The notes: generated by a model not told the origin, from the sequence alone. A stretch of DNA of 64,000 nucleotides from an uncultured Actinomycetes bacterium (GCA_963706745.1 CAVPMX010000002.1:204936-268935), one strand, 5' to 3'. Shown: positions 1-10,855, counted from the first letter of the stretch. A program made the numbers and translations.

Positions 1-888
1 GAGCGACCCGCTCATCTGCCGGGAGTCGGCGAGGAGCCATCGCAGCGGGTCGTCGACAGAGGCGTTCAGCGACTCGACCTTCGTCACCAGATCGAGGTCG
101 CAGACGTACCGCCACAAGCGTGCCCGGACTCGGGGATCCGGGGCGACCATGTCGCGAACGGTCACCCGCTTCGCGGGGTTTCCCTGCTCCCAGGAGCCGT
201 CGACCGCGTAGGCCACGTAGCCGTCGGGCCCACCTGCCGCCGACTCGTGCAGCACGTAGAACCGGGCTCCCGGTACGGCGCCCTCGTCGTGAGGCGGGTC
301 GAAGAACTCCGGTGCCCACCACATTGCCGGGCGCGACAGTGATCCGATCGTCACCAGGCGCGCGCGGTCGTAGACAGCGGGAAGCACCTCGGCGGCCTCG
401 ACCTCGTCGAGAATCCGGAGCCGGCCACCCGTGTCCACGTCGCGAAGGAACGCAGAGCGCGACGCGTCGAGCGACACCTCCATCGCCGAGGTGGCGACGC
501 CGTAGCCGTATCTCCGGTAGATGCCTCCCTCCGCCGCCAGGAGGACCAGCATCGGCTCGCCCCGCTCGATTGCGTCGGCGATCTGTCGCCGCATGATCGC
601 GCTGAGGATCCCGCGTCTGCGGTGCGTGGGCAGGACCCCGATCCACGAGACGCCGCCGACGGGCAGGCGCGCGCCGCCGGGCACGACGAGCTCCAAGGAG
701 TAGACGCGACCCACTCCGACGACGTCAGCGCCGTCGTGTGCCGCCAGGGTCCGGTCGAGCTCGGCCAGGTCCCACGCGCTCGGCTCGCGCCTGCTCTCCG
801 GACGCGGCGGCGAATGGAAAGCCCGGCGGACGGCCTCGGCAAGGCCGAGGACATCTTCGGCGGCTACCGGTCGAAGGTCCCATGACAT
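1..888 (-). CDS. Eis-like GNAT N-acetyltransferase (3' end runs off the window)
   Basis: Absent from the ORF track because it has no stop inside the window. My reverse-strand translation from ATG 888-886 reads MSWDLRPVAAEDVLGLAEAV...GVSWIGVLPTHRRRGILSAIMRRQIADAIERGEPMLVLLAAEGGIYRRYGYG (GNAT acetyl-CoA motif), then an SCP2-like tail as in Eis-family enzymes. The frame stays open to base 1. Confidence 0.7.
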   Translation of the reverse strand, partial: MSWDLRPVAAEDVLGLAEAVRRAFHSPPRPESRREPSAWDLAELDRTLAAHDGADVVGVGRVYSLELVVPGGARLPVGGVSWIGVLPTHRRRGILSAIMRRQIADAIERGEPMLVLLAAEGGIYRRYGYGVATSAMEVSLDASRSAFLRDVDTGGRLRILDEVEAAEVLPAVYDRARLVTIGSLSRPAMWWAPEFFDPPHDEGAVPGARFYVLHESAAGGPDGYVAYAVDGSWEQGNPAKRVTVRDMVAPDPRVRARLWRYVCDLDLVTKVESLNASVDDPLRWLLADSRQMSGSL

Positions 889-945
889 CCTGCATGTCTA
901 GCGCCGATCGGGCTGCGCGCTCACGCGCATTTCTGCCGACTGCCG

Positions 946-2205
946 TCAGGGAAGCGAGCGAGGTGGTGGGTCCGAGCTCCCGCGCCTCCGCTCCCGGCGG
1001 TCACGCCGCAGGTGCGCACGGCGCAGGCGGTCGCGGAGGTCCTCGTGATCGGCCGGAGTGGGGGCCGCCATCCCTGCGTGCCGATCGTCGTGCGTGGGCC
1101 CTCCCGGGCGGTAGACGGCACCCAGGTAGGTGAAGCCCGCGAAGAGCAGCACCAGCGCCACCAGGAAGAGCCCCCAGCGGCCCTCGCTCGGCATCGCGAC
1201 GGCTACGACCGCGCCCGCCACCCAGACGAGCTGGAAGCGGGTCTCGAACCTGGCAAAGGCCCGGCCGCGCGCCGCCTCGTGAGCGTCGCGTTGGACCAGG
1301 CTGTCGAATGCCAGGCGTCCGCACGACGCTCCCGCGGCGACCGCCGCAGCCGCGATGGTCAGTGCCGGCCGCCCGTACCCGCGCGCGGCGAAGACCAGGA
1401 CCCCCGCCGGGACCAGGAGCGACCCGGCCAGGATCCACTCCTCGCGGAGCCTGCGCCTCAGCAGCGGTGCGATCAGGACCCCCAGGCCGTTTCCGACAGC
1501 GCTGGCGGCGATGACGAGGCCGAACACCCAGGCCGGCTCGCCCTGCCGCTTGAGCACGAAGGCCGCGAAGAAGGTCATGAACCCGACTACGCCTCGGAAG
1601 AAGCCCATCGCCGAACCGGCCACGACGATGCTGGGCGCATGCAGTATGCGTCGGTCTGCGTCGGTCTCCTCGCGACCGACGTGCTTGGCCGTAGGGATCG
1701 CGAGGGCGAGGATCGTCGCCATCACGAAGACAGCCGCACCGAATCGCAGCACCCAGTCCCCACCGGCGACCTTGAGGATGAGAGTCGCCGGAACCGCTCC
1801 GACGGCGCCGGCGAGGACCGCTATCAACGCCAGGCGCGAGTTGGCCGAGACCAGCTCCGACTCGTTCTCGACGACCGCTGGAACGAGGGCGCTCTTCGCG
1901 ACGCTCTGTCCCTTCGACGCGACCAGGGCCCCGAAGGTGAGCGGATAGAGAAGGAAGTCGTCGATGTAGGCGGCCATCAGGACGCACAGGATCGCCCTCG
2001 CCGCTGCGGCGAGCGCGATGAGCATCCGCCGTCCGCCCCGCGTCCGGTCGAGGAACGGGCCGAGTACCGGGGCGACAACGGCGAAGGGCGCCATCGTGAA
2101 CACCAGGTAGAGCAGCACCCGCGGACGGGCTGCATCCGCGCCTATCGAGAAGAACAGCGAGTCCGCCAGGGCGATGGTGACGAAGAGATCGCCGCAGATG
2201 CCCAC
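946..2205 (-). CDS. MFS transporter
   Basis: 419-aa track ORF with multiple hydrophobic helices (LLYLVFTMAPFAVVAPVLGPFLDR, GFMTFFAAFVLK) and MFS-like loop motifs. GTG start. Confidence 0.8.
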   Translation of the reverse strand: MGICGDLFVTIALADSLFFSIGADAARPRVLLYLVFTMAPFAVVAPVLGPFLDRTRGGRRMLIALAAAARAILCVLMAAYIDDFLLYPLTFGALVASKGQSVAKSALVPAVVENESELVSANSRLALIAVLAGAVGAVPATLILKVAGGDWVLRFGAAVFVMATILALAIPTAKHVGREETDADRRILHAPSIVVAGSAMGFFRGVVGFMTFFAAFVLKRQGEPAWVFGLVIAASAVGNGLGVLIAPLLRRRLREEWILAGSLLVPAGVLVFAARGYGRPALTIAAAAVAAGASCGRLAFDSLVQRDAHEAARGRAFARFETRFQLVWVAGAVVAVAMPSEGRWGLFLVALVLLFAGFTYLGAVYRPGGPTHDDRHAGMAAPTPADHEDLRDRLRRAHLRRDRRERRRGSSDPPPRSLP

Positions 2206-2343
2206 GGCGTAGGCGAGGGCGAGGCGGGCGAACGGCGACGTGGTCGAGCTGAGCGTCTTCGGGTCCGTGCTCGCAGGTTATCGCCGCGGGAACGGGCAGA
2301 ACGGCCCGGGACGGCACCCCGGCTCCCGCGTACCATTGTCCCG

Positions 2344-4407
2344 ATGAACCCCGACGGCACAGCGGCCAACGGCCTCGGACCCGAAGAGCGGTACCTCGAC
2401 CGTGAGCTCTCGTGGCTCGACTTCAACGCTCGGGTGCTGGCCCTCGCCGAGGACGCAACGCTGCCGCTCCTCGAGAGGGCGAAGTTCTGCGCGATCTTCA
2501 GCCAGAACCTCGACGAGTTCTTCCAGGTGCGCGTATCCGCGCTACGGGAGCAGGTCCTCGCCGGCGTGCGCGGGAGCACTCCGGGCAGCCTCGCCCCGGC
2601 GGAGCAGCTCCGGGCGATTCGGGACCGGGCCGAGGAGCTGGTCACACGTCAGGCGACGGTCTTCACCAAGGAGGTCGTCCCCGCCCTCGACGATGCGGGG
2701 ATCCGCTTCGTCTCCTGGTCGGACCTCGACGCCGCCGGCAAGGCGCACGTCTCCGACGTCTTCGAGGAGCAGATCTTCTCGGTTCTCACGCCCTTGGCCG
2801 TCGACCCGGCACACCCGTTCCCCTACATCTCCAACCTCTCCCTCAACCTCGCAGTCGCCGTGCGCAACGCAGCGAGCGGAGAGGAGCGGTTCGCGCGGGT
2901 GAAGGTCCCCCCGGTGCTCCCGCGCTTCGTCGCACTCCCCGACGGTGTGCGGTTCGTCCCGCTCGAGCAGGTGATCGCCGCGCACCTCGGATCCTTGTTC
3001 CCCGGGATGGAGATACTCGCCCACCATCCGTTCCGGGTCACGCGTGACGCCGACATCGAGCTGACCGACGAGTCGGAAGACCTGTTGGCGGCGATGGAGA
3101 GCGTGCTCCGGCAGCGATCGCGCTTCGGGCTGGAGATCCGCCTCGAGATCGACACCACGATGCCAACGCAGGTGCTGGAGCTGTTGTGCCGAGAGCTCGA
3201 GCTCGCTCCGTCGGACGTCTACGTCATCGACGGGCCCCTCGACCTCGGCGGCCTCTGGGACATCTACTCGCTGCCGCGACCCGAGCTCAAGTACGCCCCG
3301 TGGGCCGGGCGTATCCCCCCGGCCCTGGCCGGCGAGGAACCCGACTTCTTCCGCGCGCTGCGCGCTGGCGACATCTTCGTCCACCATCCGTACGACTCGT
3401 TCGCCAGTACCGTCGAGGCGTTCACGGCTCAGGCGGCCGCCGACCCTCACGTCCTCGCCATCAAGCAGACGCTGTACCGCACCGGGGGAGACGAGGCCGG
3501 CATCGTGCGGTCTCTCGCCAAGGCCGCTCAGGACGGCAAGCAGGTCGTCGCCCTGATCGAGCTGAAGGCCCGCTTCGACGAGCAGGCGAACATCGAGCGT
3601 GCCCGCCTGCTCGAGCAGGCCGGGGTGCACGTCGTGTACGGGTTCGTCGGCCTCAAGACCCACGGCAAGACGCTCCTGGTGGTACGCCAGGACCCCGACG
3701 GGCTCCGCCGGTACTGCCACCTCGGTACGGGCAACTACAACCCGAAGACGGCCACGACGTACGAGGACGTGGGCGTCCTCTCGGCCGACCCCGATCTCGG
3801 CTCCGACCTGACGGAGCTCTTCAACCACCTGACCGGGTACAGCCACCAGTCCGAGTATCGACGGATCATCGTCGCCCCGACACAGCTGAGGCCCGCGCTG
3901 GCCGACCTGATCGCGGGGCAGGCACGCCCCGGGGGCCGGATCACGATGAAGATGAACTCGCTGGTCGACCGGGCCACGATCGACGCCCTGTACGAAGCCT
4001 CTTCCGCCGGCGCCGAGATCGACCTCGTCGTTCGTGGGATCTGCTGCGCGCGCCCCGGCCTGCCGGACACCTCCGAGCGGATCCGGATCCGCTCGATACT
4101 CGGCCGCTACCTCGAGCACTCGCGGATATTCCGGTTCGGCGAGCCCGGCGCGGCCGACTACCTGATCGGGTCGGCGGATCTCATGCCCAGGAACCTCGAT
4201 CGCCGCGTCGAGGTGGCGCTTCGGGTCACCGACCCGCGCCTCCAGTCGCGCCTCGACGAGATCCTCGCCGTCAATCTCGCCGACGACACCCTCGCATGGT
4301 CTCTCGCCCCCGACGGCGTCTGGCACAAGGTGCCCACCGTGGAAGGATCCGACACGCACGACCGCCTCCAGGAGCTCGCTCTGGCTCGGACTGCGAGCGT
4401 GGATTGA
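2344..4407 (+). CDS. ppk: polyphosphate kinase 1
   Basis: Within track ORF 1012..4407, the in-frame ATG at 2344 gives MNPDGTAANG...RYLDRELSWLDFNARVLALAEDATLPLLERAKFCAIFSQNLDEFFQVRV, the PPK1 N-terminal signature, with PLD-like C-domains. The 1012-2343 part is a shadow antisense to the MFS gene. Confidence 0.95.
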   Translation: MNPDGTAANGLGPEERYLDRELSWLDFNARVLALAEDATLPLLERAKFCAIFSQNLDEFFQVRVSALREQVLAGVRGSTPGSLAPAEQLRAIRDRAEELVTRQATVFTKEVVPALDDAGIRFVSWSDLDAAGKAHVSDVFEEQIFSVLTPLAVDPAHPFPYISNLSLNLAVAVRNAASGEERFARVKVPPVLPRFVALPDGVRFVPLEQVIAAHLGSLFPGMEILAHHPFRVTRDADIELTDESEDLLAAMESVLRQRSRFGLEIRLEIDTTMPTQVLELLCRELELAPSDVYVIDGPLDLGGLWDIYSLPRPELKYAPWAGRIPPALAGEEPDFFRALRAGDIFVHHPYDSFASTVEAFTAQAAADPHVLAIKQTLYRTGGDEAGIVRSLAKAAQDGKQVVALIELKARFDEQANIERARLLEQAGVHVVYGFVGLKTHGKTLLVVRQDPDGLRRYCHLGTGNYNPKTATTYEDVGVLSADPDLGSDLTELFNHLTGYSHQSEYRRIIVAPTQLRPALADLIAGQARPGGRITMKMNSLVDRATIDALYEASSAGAEIDLVVRGICCARPGLPDTSERIRIRSILGRYLEHSRIFRFGEPGAADYLIGSADLMPRNLDRRVEVALRVTDPRLQSRLDEILAVNLADDTLAWSLAPDGVWHKVPTVEGSDTHDRLQELALARTASVD

Positions 4408-4823
4408 CGCTCCCGGGAGGTTCCGCCCACGCGACGGTCCTGGCGGCGGGCGGAGTTGTGATCCGAGGCACGGGCGAGGCCGCCGAGGTCCTCCTGGTGC
4501 ACAGACCGCGCTACGACGACTGGAGCCTGCCCAAGGGCAAGGTCGACGACGGCGAGACCGACGAGGAGGCCGCGATTCGTGAGGTGGAGGAGGAGACCGC
4601 CGTGACCGCCGAGCTGATCGACGAGCTCGCGACCATCCGCTACACCGACCACAAGGGACGTCCCAAGAGGGTGCGCTACTGGCGGATGCGCGTCGTCGCC
4701 GAGGGGGACCTGATCCCGACCGAGGAGGTCGACGAGGCTCTCTGGCTGACTCTCGGCGAGGCGGTGTCGCTGCTCACGTACGAACACGACCGCGCCCTTC
4801 TGTCGTCGCTGAGGAGACCGTGA
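4404..4823 (+). CDS. Nudix hydrolase (MutT1 N-domain-like)
   Basis: Tail of track ORF 3186..4823 contains a Nudix box: LPKGKVDDGETDEEAAIREVEEETAV. The TTG at 4404 overlaps the ppk stop; the exact start is uncertain (alternative GTG ~4458). Confidence 0.8.
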   Translation: MTLPGGSAHATVLAAGGVVIRGTGEAAEVLLVHRPRYDDWSLPKGKVDDGETDEEAAIREVEEETAVTAELIDELATIRYTDHKGRPKRVRYWRMRVVAEGDLIPTEEVDEALWLTLGEAVSLLTYEHDRALLSSLRRP

Positions 4824-5284
4824 CCCTCTACCTCCTGCGACACGCGAAGGCCGGGTCCAGGTCGTCGTGGGACGGCGAAGACCGCCTCCGCCCGCTCTCC
4901 GGAACGGGTCGTCGGCAGGCAGCCCGGATCGCCGAGAGCCTGGCGGGACTCCCGTTCGCGCGAGTTCTTAGCAGCCCGTACACGCGGTGCACCGAGACGG
5001 TCGCCCCGGTCGCCGGGTCGCGCGGCCTCGCCGTCGAGGAGACCGACGCTCTCGCCGAGGGTGCCCTGCTCCCCGACGTCCTCGCTCTCGTGGGCGCCGT
5101 CTCCGCCGGTGGAGCCGTCCTATGCAGCCACGGCGACGTGATACCGATGCTCCTCGACCACTTCGCGTCGACCGGCCTCGAGCTCGGTCCCGAACCGGCG
5201 TGCAAGAAGGGCTCGATCTGGGTCATCGACACGGACGTGCCCGAACACCCCATGGCCCGATACCTCGAGCCACCGCTCTCCTGA
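4820..5284 (+). CDS. histidine phosphatase family protein (SixA-like)
   Basis: MTLYLLRHAKAG (RHG-type catalytic motif) and CSHGDVIP. The GTGA overlap with the Nudix stop implies translational coupling. Confidence 0.8.
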   Translation: MTLYLLRHAKAGSRSSWDGEDRLRPLSGTGRRQAARIAESLAGLPFARVLSSPYTRCTETVAPVAGSRGLAVEETDALAEGALLPDVLALVGAVSAGGAVLCSHGDVIPMLLDHFASTGLELGPEPACKKGSIWVIDTDVPEHPMARYLEPPLS

Positions 5285-5402
5285 GCGTTCGACGCCGCCG
5301 TTCGTGGGAGCGTGCTCGTCTTCGTCTCGCCCACGCTCGCCGAGCCCCGCGGTCGTAGACTCGCACCGTCGCGACGCAACCGCGTCCGCCGAGAGGAGGG
5401 GC

Positions 5403-5510
5403 ATGACAATCGAGTCCGGCCGGTTGGCCGCCGACACCCCCTCCTCCGCCTACCTCGAGACACGGCGCGTCACGCACGAGTGCGAAGCCGTGCCCTCCGG
5501 ACTCGCGTGA
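5403..5510 (+). CDS. possible 35-aa small ORF
   Basis: ATG preceded by a strong SD (GAGAGGAGGGG, ~3 nt spacer). No recognisable similarity. Speculative. Confidence 0.2.
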   Translation: MTIESGRLAADTPSSAYLETRRVTHECEAVPSGLA

Positions 5511-5524
5511 AGTGGGAGGCGTCG

Positions 5525-5854
5525 ATGGTGCGGTTCTCCGACCTGATGGGCAACGGCGACGGTCCTGACGACGAGTCGTCTCAAGGCGGGAGCCCCGGTG
5601 CTCCGGCCGTACCGACACCCGTTGCCGAGGTGCCGACCGCCGAGGGGGCCTCACAATCGTCTACGCCGGCACGGCCGCCGGGGCCCGACGAACGACCGGG
5701 AGCTCTCCCGCCCGACTCGGGTGCCCCCACGCCCGCCGCCTCCCCGGCGGCGGACACCCCGCCGGATCGCGAGCGGGACACCGAAGCAGGCCCCGAGAGG
5801 CCGGCTCCGGCGTTCGACGACGACCTGCTCCCCCGGCGGAGGCGCCGGCGGTGA
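5525..5854 (+). CDS. hypothetical Pro/Ala-rich disordered protein (109 aa)
   Basis: ATG 5525 preceded by a GGGAGG SD. Low-complexity sequence ending in RRRRRR. In-frame part of track ORF 5312..5854. Confidence 0.35.
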   Translation: MVRFSDLMGNGDGPDDESSQGGSPGAPAVPTPVAEVPTAEGASQSSTPARPPGPDERPGALPPDSGAPTPAASPAADTPPDRERDTEAGPERPAPAFDDDLLPRRRRRR

Positions 5855-5891
5855 TGCAGTCGCGCGCAAGGTGTCGCCGAATCGTCTGCGC

Positions 5892-6596
5892 CTAGATCGG
5901 CTCGTACCTGTAGCCGACGCCGCGCACGGTCACGATCCGGGCCGGGTTCGCCGGGTCCGGCTCGACCTTCGAGCGGAGCCGCTTGATGTGCACGTCGAGG
6001 GTCTTCGTATCTCCGTAGTAGTTCGGCCCCCACACCCGGTCGATGAGCGCGTCGCGTGTCAGCACCCTGCCCGCGTTGTGGAGAAGCGTCTCGAGCAGCT
6101 CGAACTCCTTGAGCGGCAGCGACACCCCCTCGCCGCGCACGAAGACTTCGTGTCGCGCCGTGTCCATGCGTACGTCGCCCACCTCGATCACTTCACGGCT
6201 CTCTGCGGACGGTCGGCTCGCGGTCGGGGCGCGCCGCAGGGCGGCCCTCACGCGGGCGACCAGCTCCCGCAGGCGGAACGGTTTCGTCACGTAGTCGTCG
6301 GCACCGACCTCGAGGCCCACGACAGCGTCGATCTCACCCGCCCTCGCCGTGACCATGATGATCGGTACACGCGAGCGCGCCCTGATCTCGCGACAGACGT
6401 CGATCCCCGACACGTTCGGGAGCATCACGTCGAGCAGGACCACGGCCGGGTTCACTGCGTCGAAGACCTCTAGCGCCTCGGCACCGTCGGACGCCGTGAC
6501 CACCGCGAAGCCCTCGCTCTCGAGTGCGACGCTCAGAGCGTCGCGGTACGACTGCTCGTCGTCGACAACCAGCACCAGGGGGGGATCCGCCATCAC
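5892..6596 (-). CDS. regX3: OmpR-family response regulator (RegX3/PhoP-type)
   Basis: LVLVVDDE...VVLLDVMLPNVSGIDVCREIRARSRVPIIMVTARAGEIDAVVGLEVGADDYVTKPFRLRELVARVRAALRR plus a winged-helix C-terminus. Closely RegX3-like. 4-nt overlap with the upstream kinase gene. Confidence 0.9.
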   Translation of the reverse strand: MMADPPLVLVVDDEQSYRDALSVALESEGFAVVTASDGAEALEVFDAVNPAVVLLDVMLPNVSGIDVCREIRARSRVPIIMVTARAGEIDAVVGLEVGADDYVTKPFRLRELVARVRAALRRAPTASRPSAESREVIEVGDVRMDTARHEVFVRGEGVSLPLKEFELLETLLHNAGRVLTRDALIDRVWGPNYYGDTKTLDVHIKRLRSKVEPDPANPARIVTVRGVGYRYEPI

Positions 6597-7897
6597 GCTC
6601 CTCCGGGTTCTGTGTCGGCCCCACCCCGGGCAGCCGGCAACTCGTCGTCGCGAGCGCTGCTCGTGGCTGCTCCGTCGGTGTCGAGGGCCGGGAGCACGAC
6701 GCAGAACCTCGAGCCCTCGCCCTCGCGCGACTCGACGGTGACCTCGCCGCCGTGGGCCCGCACCGTGTGCCGCACGATCGAGAGGCCGAGACCCGTCCCC
6801 CCGGTGTCGCGGCTCCGGGCACGGTCCACTCGGTAGAAGCGTTCGAAGATCCGCTCGAGGTGGCGGCTGGGGATCCCGTACCCCTCGTCGCTCACCGCTA
6901 TGGAGACGCTCCCAGCCGAGGCGGAGACCGACACCTCGACCCGCGAGCCCCTCTCCGAGTACTTGACGGCGTTCTCCAGCAGGTTCACCAGGGCGCCGAC
7001 CAGACGGCGGCGGTCCCCCGCGACAGCGGCCCCCGCGGAGCTGTCGGCGACGTCGAGGGAGGTGCCGGCGGCGACCGCCAGGGCCCTGACCCGATCGACG
7101 GCCTCGGCGACGATCTCGCGGACAGGGACCGGGTCTCTCAGCGGCGTCGCGTCGGCCTCGATCGCGCTCAGGTCGAGGAGATCGTCGACAATTCGACCTA
7201 GACGCTCCGCCTCCCGCACTATCCGCTCGGCGAGACGCTCCCTGACAGCCGCCTCCTGCGCCGTCGCTATCGTCTCGCCGAGCAGCACGACGGCTCCGAT
7301 CGGCGTTCGGAGCTCGTGGCTGACGTTGGCGACGAAGTCGCGCCGCACGCTGTCGACCCGCCGGGCGCCCGAGACGTCCTCGACGACGGCGAGCGCGCCG
7401 GCGCCCCCGCCCGCCTGCTGCAGGCGGTGCGCTCGCAGGAAGAGCTCCCGCCTCGGCGGGCCGTAGAGGCTCAGCTCGCGCGCCACTACCTCGCCTCTGC
7501 GCGCCTCGTCGAGTGCCTGCTCGACGGCCTCGTCGACGAGCGCCCCGGACGGCCCGTCGGCGCTCAGAGCATCGGCGGAGCGGTTCCGCAGCACGATCTC
7601 ACCTTCAGCACCCGAGACCACGATCGCCTCGGCCACGCCGTCGAGGGCGGCCCGCAGCAGCGCCGTCACCGTCTCGGCATCTCCGACGCGCTCGAGAACG
7701 GCTGCGGCAGCGCTCTCCAGCTCGGAGAGGACCTCCTCTGAACCTGCCGTGAGCGACACGGGTGCGCCGCTCCGAAGCCGGGCCGCTACCCCGGCCGATC
7801 TCCGCAGGTCCCTCCCGCGCGCCCGGGACACGACGAACGCTCCCGCCGCCACGGCGACCACTGCGACCACGGCGCCCCAGATCATCAGGTTGTTCAC
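6593..7897 (-). CDS. senX3: sensor histidine kinase (SenX3/PhoR-type)
   Basis: N-terminal TM helix, H-box FVANVSHELRTPI, and N/G boxes LVNLLENAVKYS and GGTGLGLSIV. Confidence 0.9.
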   Translation of the reverse strand: MNNLMIWGAVVAVVAVAAGAFVVSRARGRDLRRSAGVAARLRSGAPVSLTAGSEEVLSELESAAAAVLERVGDAETVTALLRAALDGVAEAIVVSGAEGEIVLRNRSADALSADGPSGALVDEAVEQALDEARRGEVVARELSLYGPPRRELFLRAHRLQQAGGGAGALAVVEDVSGARRVDSVRRDFVANVSHELRTPIGAVVLLGETIATAQEAAVRERLAERIVREAERLGRIVDDLLDLSAIEADATPLRDPVPVREIVAEAVDRVRALAVAAGTSLDVADSSAGAAVAGDRRRLVGALVNLLENAVKYSERGSRVEVSVSASAGSVSIAVSDEGYGIPSRHLERIFERFYRVDRARSRDTGGTGLGLSIVRHTVRAHGGEVTVESREGEGSRFCVVLPALDTDGAATSSARDDELPAARGGADTEPGGA

Positions 7898-7995
7898 CGC
7901 TCCGCCCGAGGCGAGGTGCGGCCGGCGGCGGTCCGAGTTGAGTGGCGACGGCGCGTCGGGGAGACTTCCCCGCGCCCGCCAGACTCGGAGGTCCC

Positions 7996-8616
7996 GTGGT
8001 GAGATTCCGGCTGCTCCCCCGCGACGAGGGGTTCTTTCCGCTCTTCGACGCCGCCGCCGAGAACATTGCCGAGTGCGCGCGCAGGCTGAGGACGATCATC
8101 GGCGACCTCACAGACCTCGAGGCCAAGCAGAGACTCGTCGTCGAGTGCGAGAAGCGCGGCGACGAGCTCACCTCGACGATCCTCACGCGCCTCAACTCCT
8201 CTTTCGTGACGCCCTTCGACCGCGAGGACATCCACGCCCTCACCGAGATGCTCGACGACGTCGTCGACGACATGCAGGCTGCCTGCGACCTCCTGTTGCT
8301 CCACAACGTGACGGCACCTCTCCCCGACATGGGTGAGATGGGCGACATCCTCGTGCGGGCGGCAGAGGCGACGGTCTCGCTGATCTCGAAGCTGCCCCGA
8401 CTGCGCGGCCTCGAGAGCGATCTCGCAGCCATAGACGAGCTCGAGAGTGCTGCCGACAGCATCTACCGCCGATCCGTCGCCCATCTGTTCTCCGGCGACT
8501 ACGACGCGTTCGACGTGCTCAAGTGGAAGGACGTGGTCGAGTCGATCGAGGCCGCCGTCAACGCCATAGAGCGCATCTCCGACATCGTCGAGAGCATCGC
8601 GCTCAAGCACGCCTGA
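7996..8616 (+). CDS. DUF47/PhoU-like phosphate transport regulator (Pit accessory protein)
   Basis: VVRFRLLPRDEGFFPLFDAAAENI...FVTPFDREDIHALTEMLDDVVD matches the TIGR00153/DUF47 family. GGAGG SD sits before GTG 7996/7999. Immediately upstream of pit. Confidence 0.85.
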   Translation: MVRFRLLPRDEGFFPLFDAAAENIAECARRLRTIIGDLTDLEAKQRLVVECEKRGDELTSTILTRLNSSFVTPFDREDIHALTEMLDDVVDDMQAACDLLLLHNVTAPLPDMGEMGDILVRAAEATVSLISKLPRLRGLESDLAAIDELESAADSIYRRSVAHLFSGDYDAFDVLKWKDVVESIEAAVNAIERISDIVESIALKHA

Positions 8617-8623
8617 GCTGACG

Positions 8624-9615
<992 letters not shown>

Positions 9616-9616
<1 letters not shown>

Positions 9617-9825
9617 TGGACCACCGCGCGGTCTTCTTCCTCGCGGCCTCGGCTATGTGCGCCGCGCTGTGGCCGCTCGCGCCCACGGATACGCGCTGGG
9701 TGAACGTGTGGCTCGCGGTCGCCTACGTGGTTCTCGCGCTCGCATCGCTCGCCGACTTCGTCTCGCGCCGTCGCCAGACCGGGCGAGAAGCGGCTGAACC
9801 CCCGGACTCCGCCCGCCCCACCTAG
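9616..9825 (+). CDS. small membrane protein (69 aa), coupled to pit
   Basis: ATGA overlap with the pit stop. Two hydrophobic helices (AVFFLAASAMCAALWPLA, VWLAVAYVVLALASLA). In frame with track ORF 9274..9825. Confidence 0.4.
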
Positions 9826-9866
9826 ACGAGCCGTACGCACTGCGGTCGACGGCCGGCGACCGGCCA

Positions 9867-10718
9867 TCAGCCGAAGCGACCGGTGATGTACCCCTCGGTC
9901 CGCGGGTCGGACGGGTTGGTGAAGATCTTCTCCGTTTGATCGAACTCGACGAGACGCCCGACACGGGCCCCGGAATCCTCGACCTCGGTCGTAAGGAAGG
10001 CCGTCATGTCGGAGACCCGCGCCGCCTGCTGCATGTTGTGCGTGACGATCACGATGGTGTAGTCGCGCTTCAGCTCGGTCATGAGATCTTCGATCCGCGC
10101 CGTGGCGATCGGGTCGAGCGCGGAGCACGGTTCGTCCATGAGTATCACGTCGGGCTCCACGGCGAGGCAGCGAGCTATGCAGAGCCGCTGCTGCTGGCCG
10201 CCGGAGAGAGCGAACGCGCTCTTCTTGAGCTTGTCCTTAACCTCGTCCCAGAGGGCCGCGCGCACCAACGCCTCTTCGACCGTCGAGTCGAGATCGCCGC
10301 GATTCCCGTTCACGCGCGGCCCGAACGCGACGTTGTCGTAGATCGACTTGGGGAACGGGTTCGGTTTCTGGAAGACCATCCCGATCCGGCGGCGGACCTC
10401 GACTGCGTCGACGCGCGGGTCGTACAGGTCCTCGCCGTGGTAGCGGACGTCACCGGAGACCTTCGCCCCCGGCACGAGATCGTTCATGCGGTTCAGGCAG
10501 CGCAGGAAGGTGCTCTTGCCGCATCCGGAAGGCCCGATCAGAGCGGTGATGCGCCTCTCCGGGATGTCCAGCGAGATGGCGTCGACCGCCAGGACGGACG
10601 AGTAGGCGACGGCGAGATCGCGCACCTCGAAGACCACGTGGGGCTCGGGCACCTCGGGCGCGTCGGGCGCCTCGTCGTCGTGTGCGAGCGTCGACACGTC
10701 GACGACGGTACTCGTCAT
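9867..10718 (-). CDS. pstB: phosphate ABC transporter ATP-binding protein
   Basis: Walker [13 protein letters not shown] signature [13 protein letters not shown], Walker [12 protein letters not shown], and the PstB tail [10 protein letters not shown]. Start at the MTSTVVDV codon with a GGGAGG SD. Confidence 0.95.
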   Translation of the reverse strand: MTSTVVDVSTLAHDDEAPDAPEVPEPHVVFEVRDLAVAYSSVLAVDAISLDIPERRITALIGPSGCGKSTFLRCLNRMNDLVPGAKVSGDVRYHGEDLYDPRVDAVEVRRRIGMVFQKPNPFPKSIYDNVAFGPRVNGNRGDLDSTVEEALVRAALWDEVKDKLKKSAFALSGGQQQRLCIARCLAVEPDVILMDEPCSALDPIATARIEDLMTELKRDYTIVIVTHNMQQAARVSDMTAFLTTEVEDSGARVGRLVEFDQTEKIFTNPSDPRTEGYITGRFG

Positions 10719-10855
10719 TGACCTCCCGCCACCTCTCGAATGCACAGGGATCTCCTCCGCCACGCGGCCCTCCTCGACCCTGCGATCCGAGGTGAGTACC
10801 GCGAGCCCGCGAGCGTAGGGGGTGATCCTTGCCCGCACACGATGAGAGGGTGGCC

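Noticed and set aside
1012-2343. 5' two-fifths of the 1131-aa track ORF upstream of the ppk ATG
   Set aside because: Arg/Asp/Glu/Pro-rich junk translation lying exactly antisense to the MFS transporter gene. Recognisable PPK sequence begins only at the in-frame ATG 2344.
2542-4359. 605-aa minus-strand ORF
   Set aside because: Antisense shadow of ppk. Its composition (V/G/R/D/E runs) is typical of a high-GC off-frame, with no motifs. ppk on the plus strand is unambiguous.
3186-4403. Upstream 400 codons of the ORF that ends as the Nudix gene
   Set aside because: An Arg/Pro-rich off-frame inside ppk. Only the last ~140 codons encode a Nudix fold.
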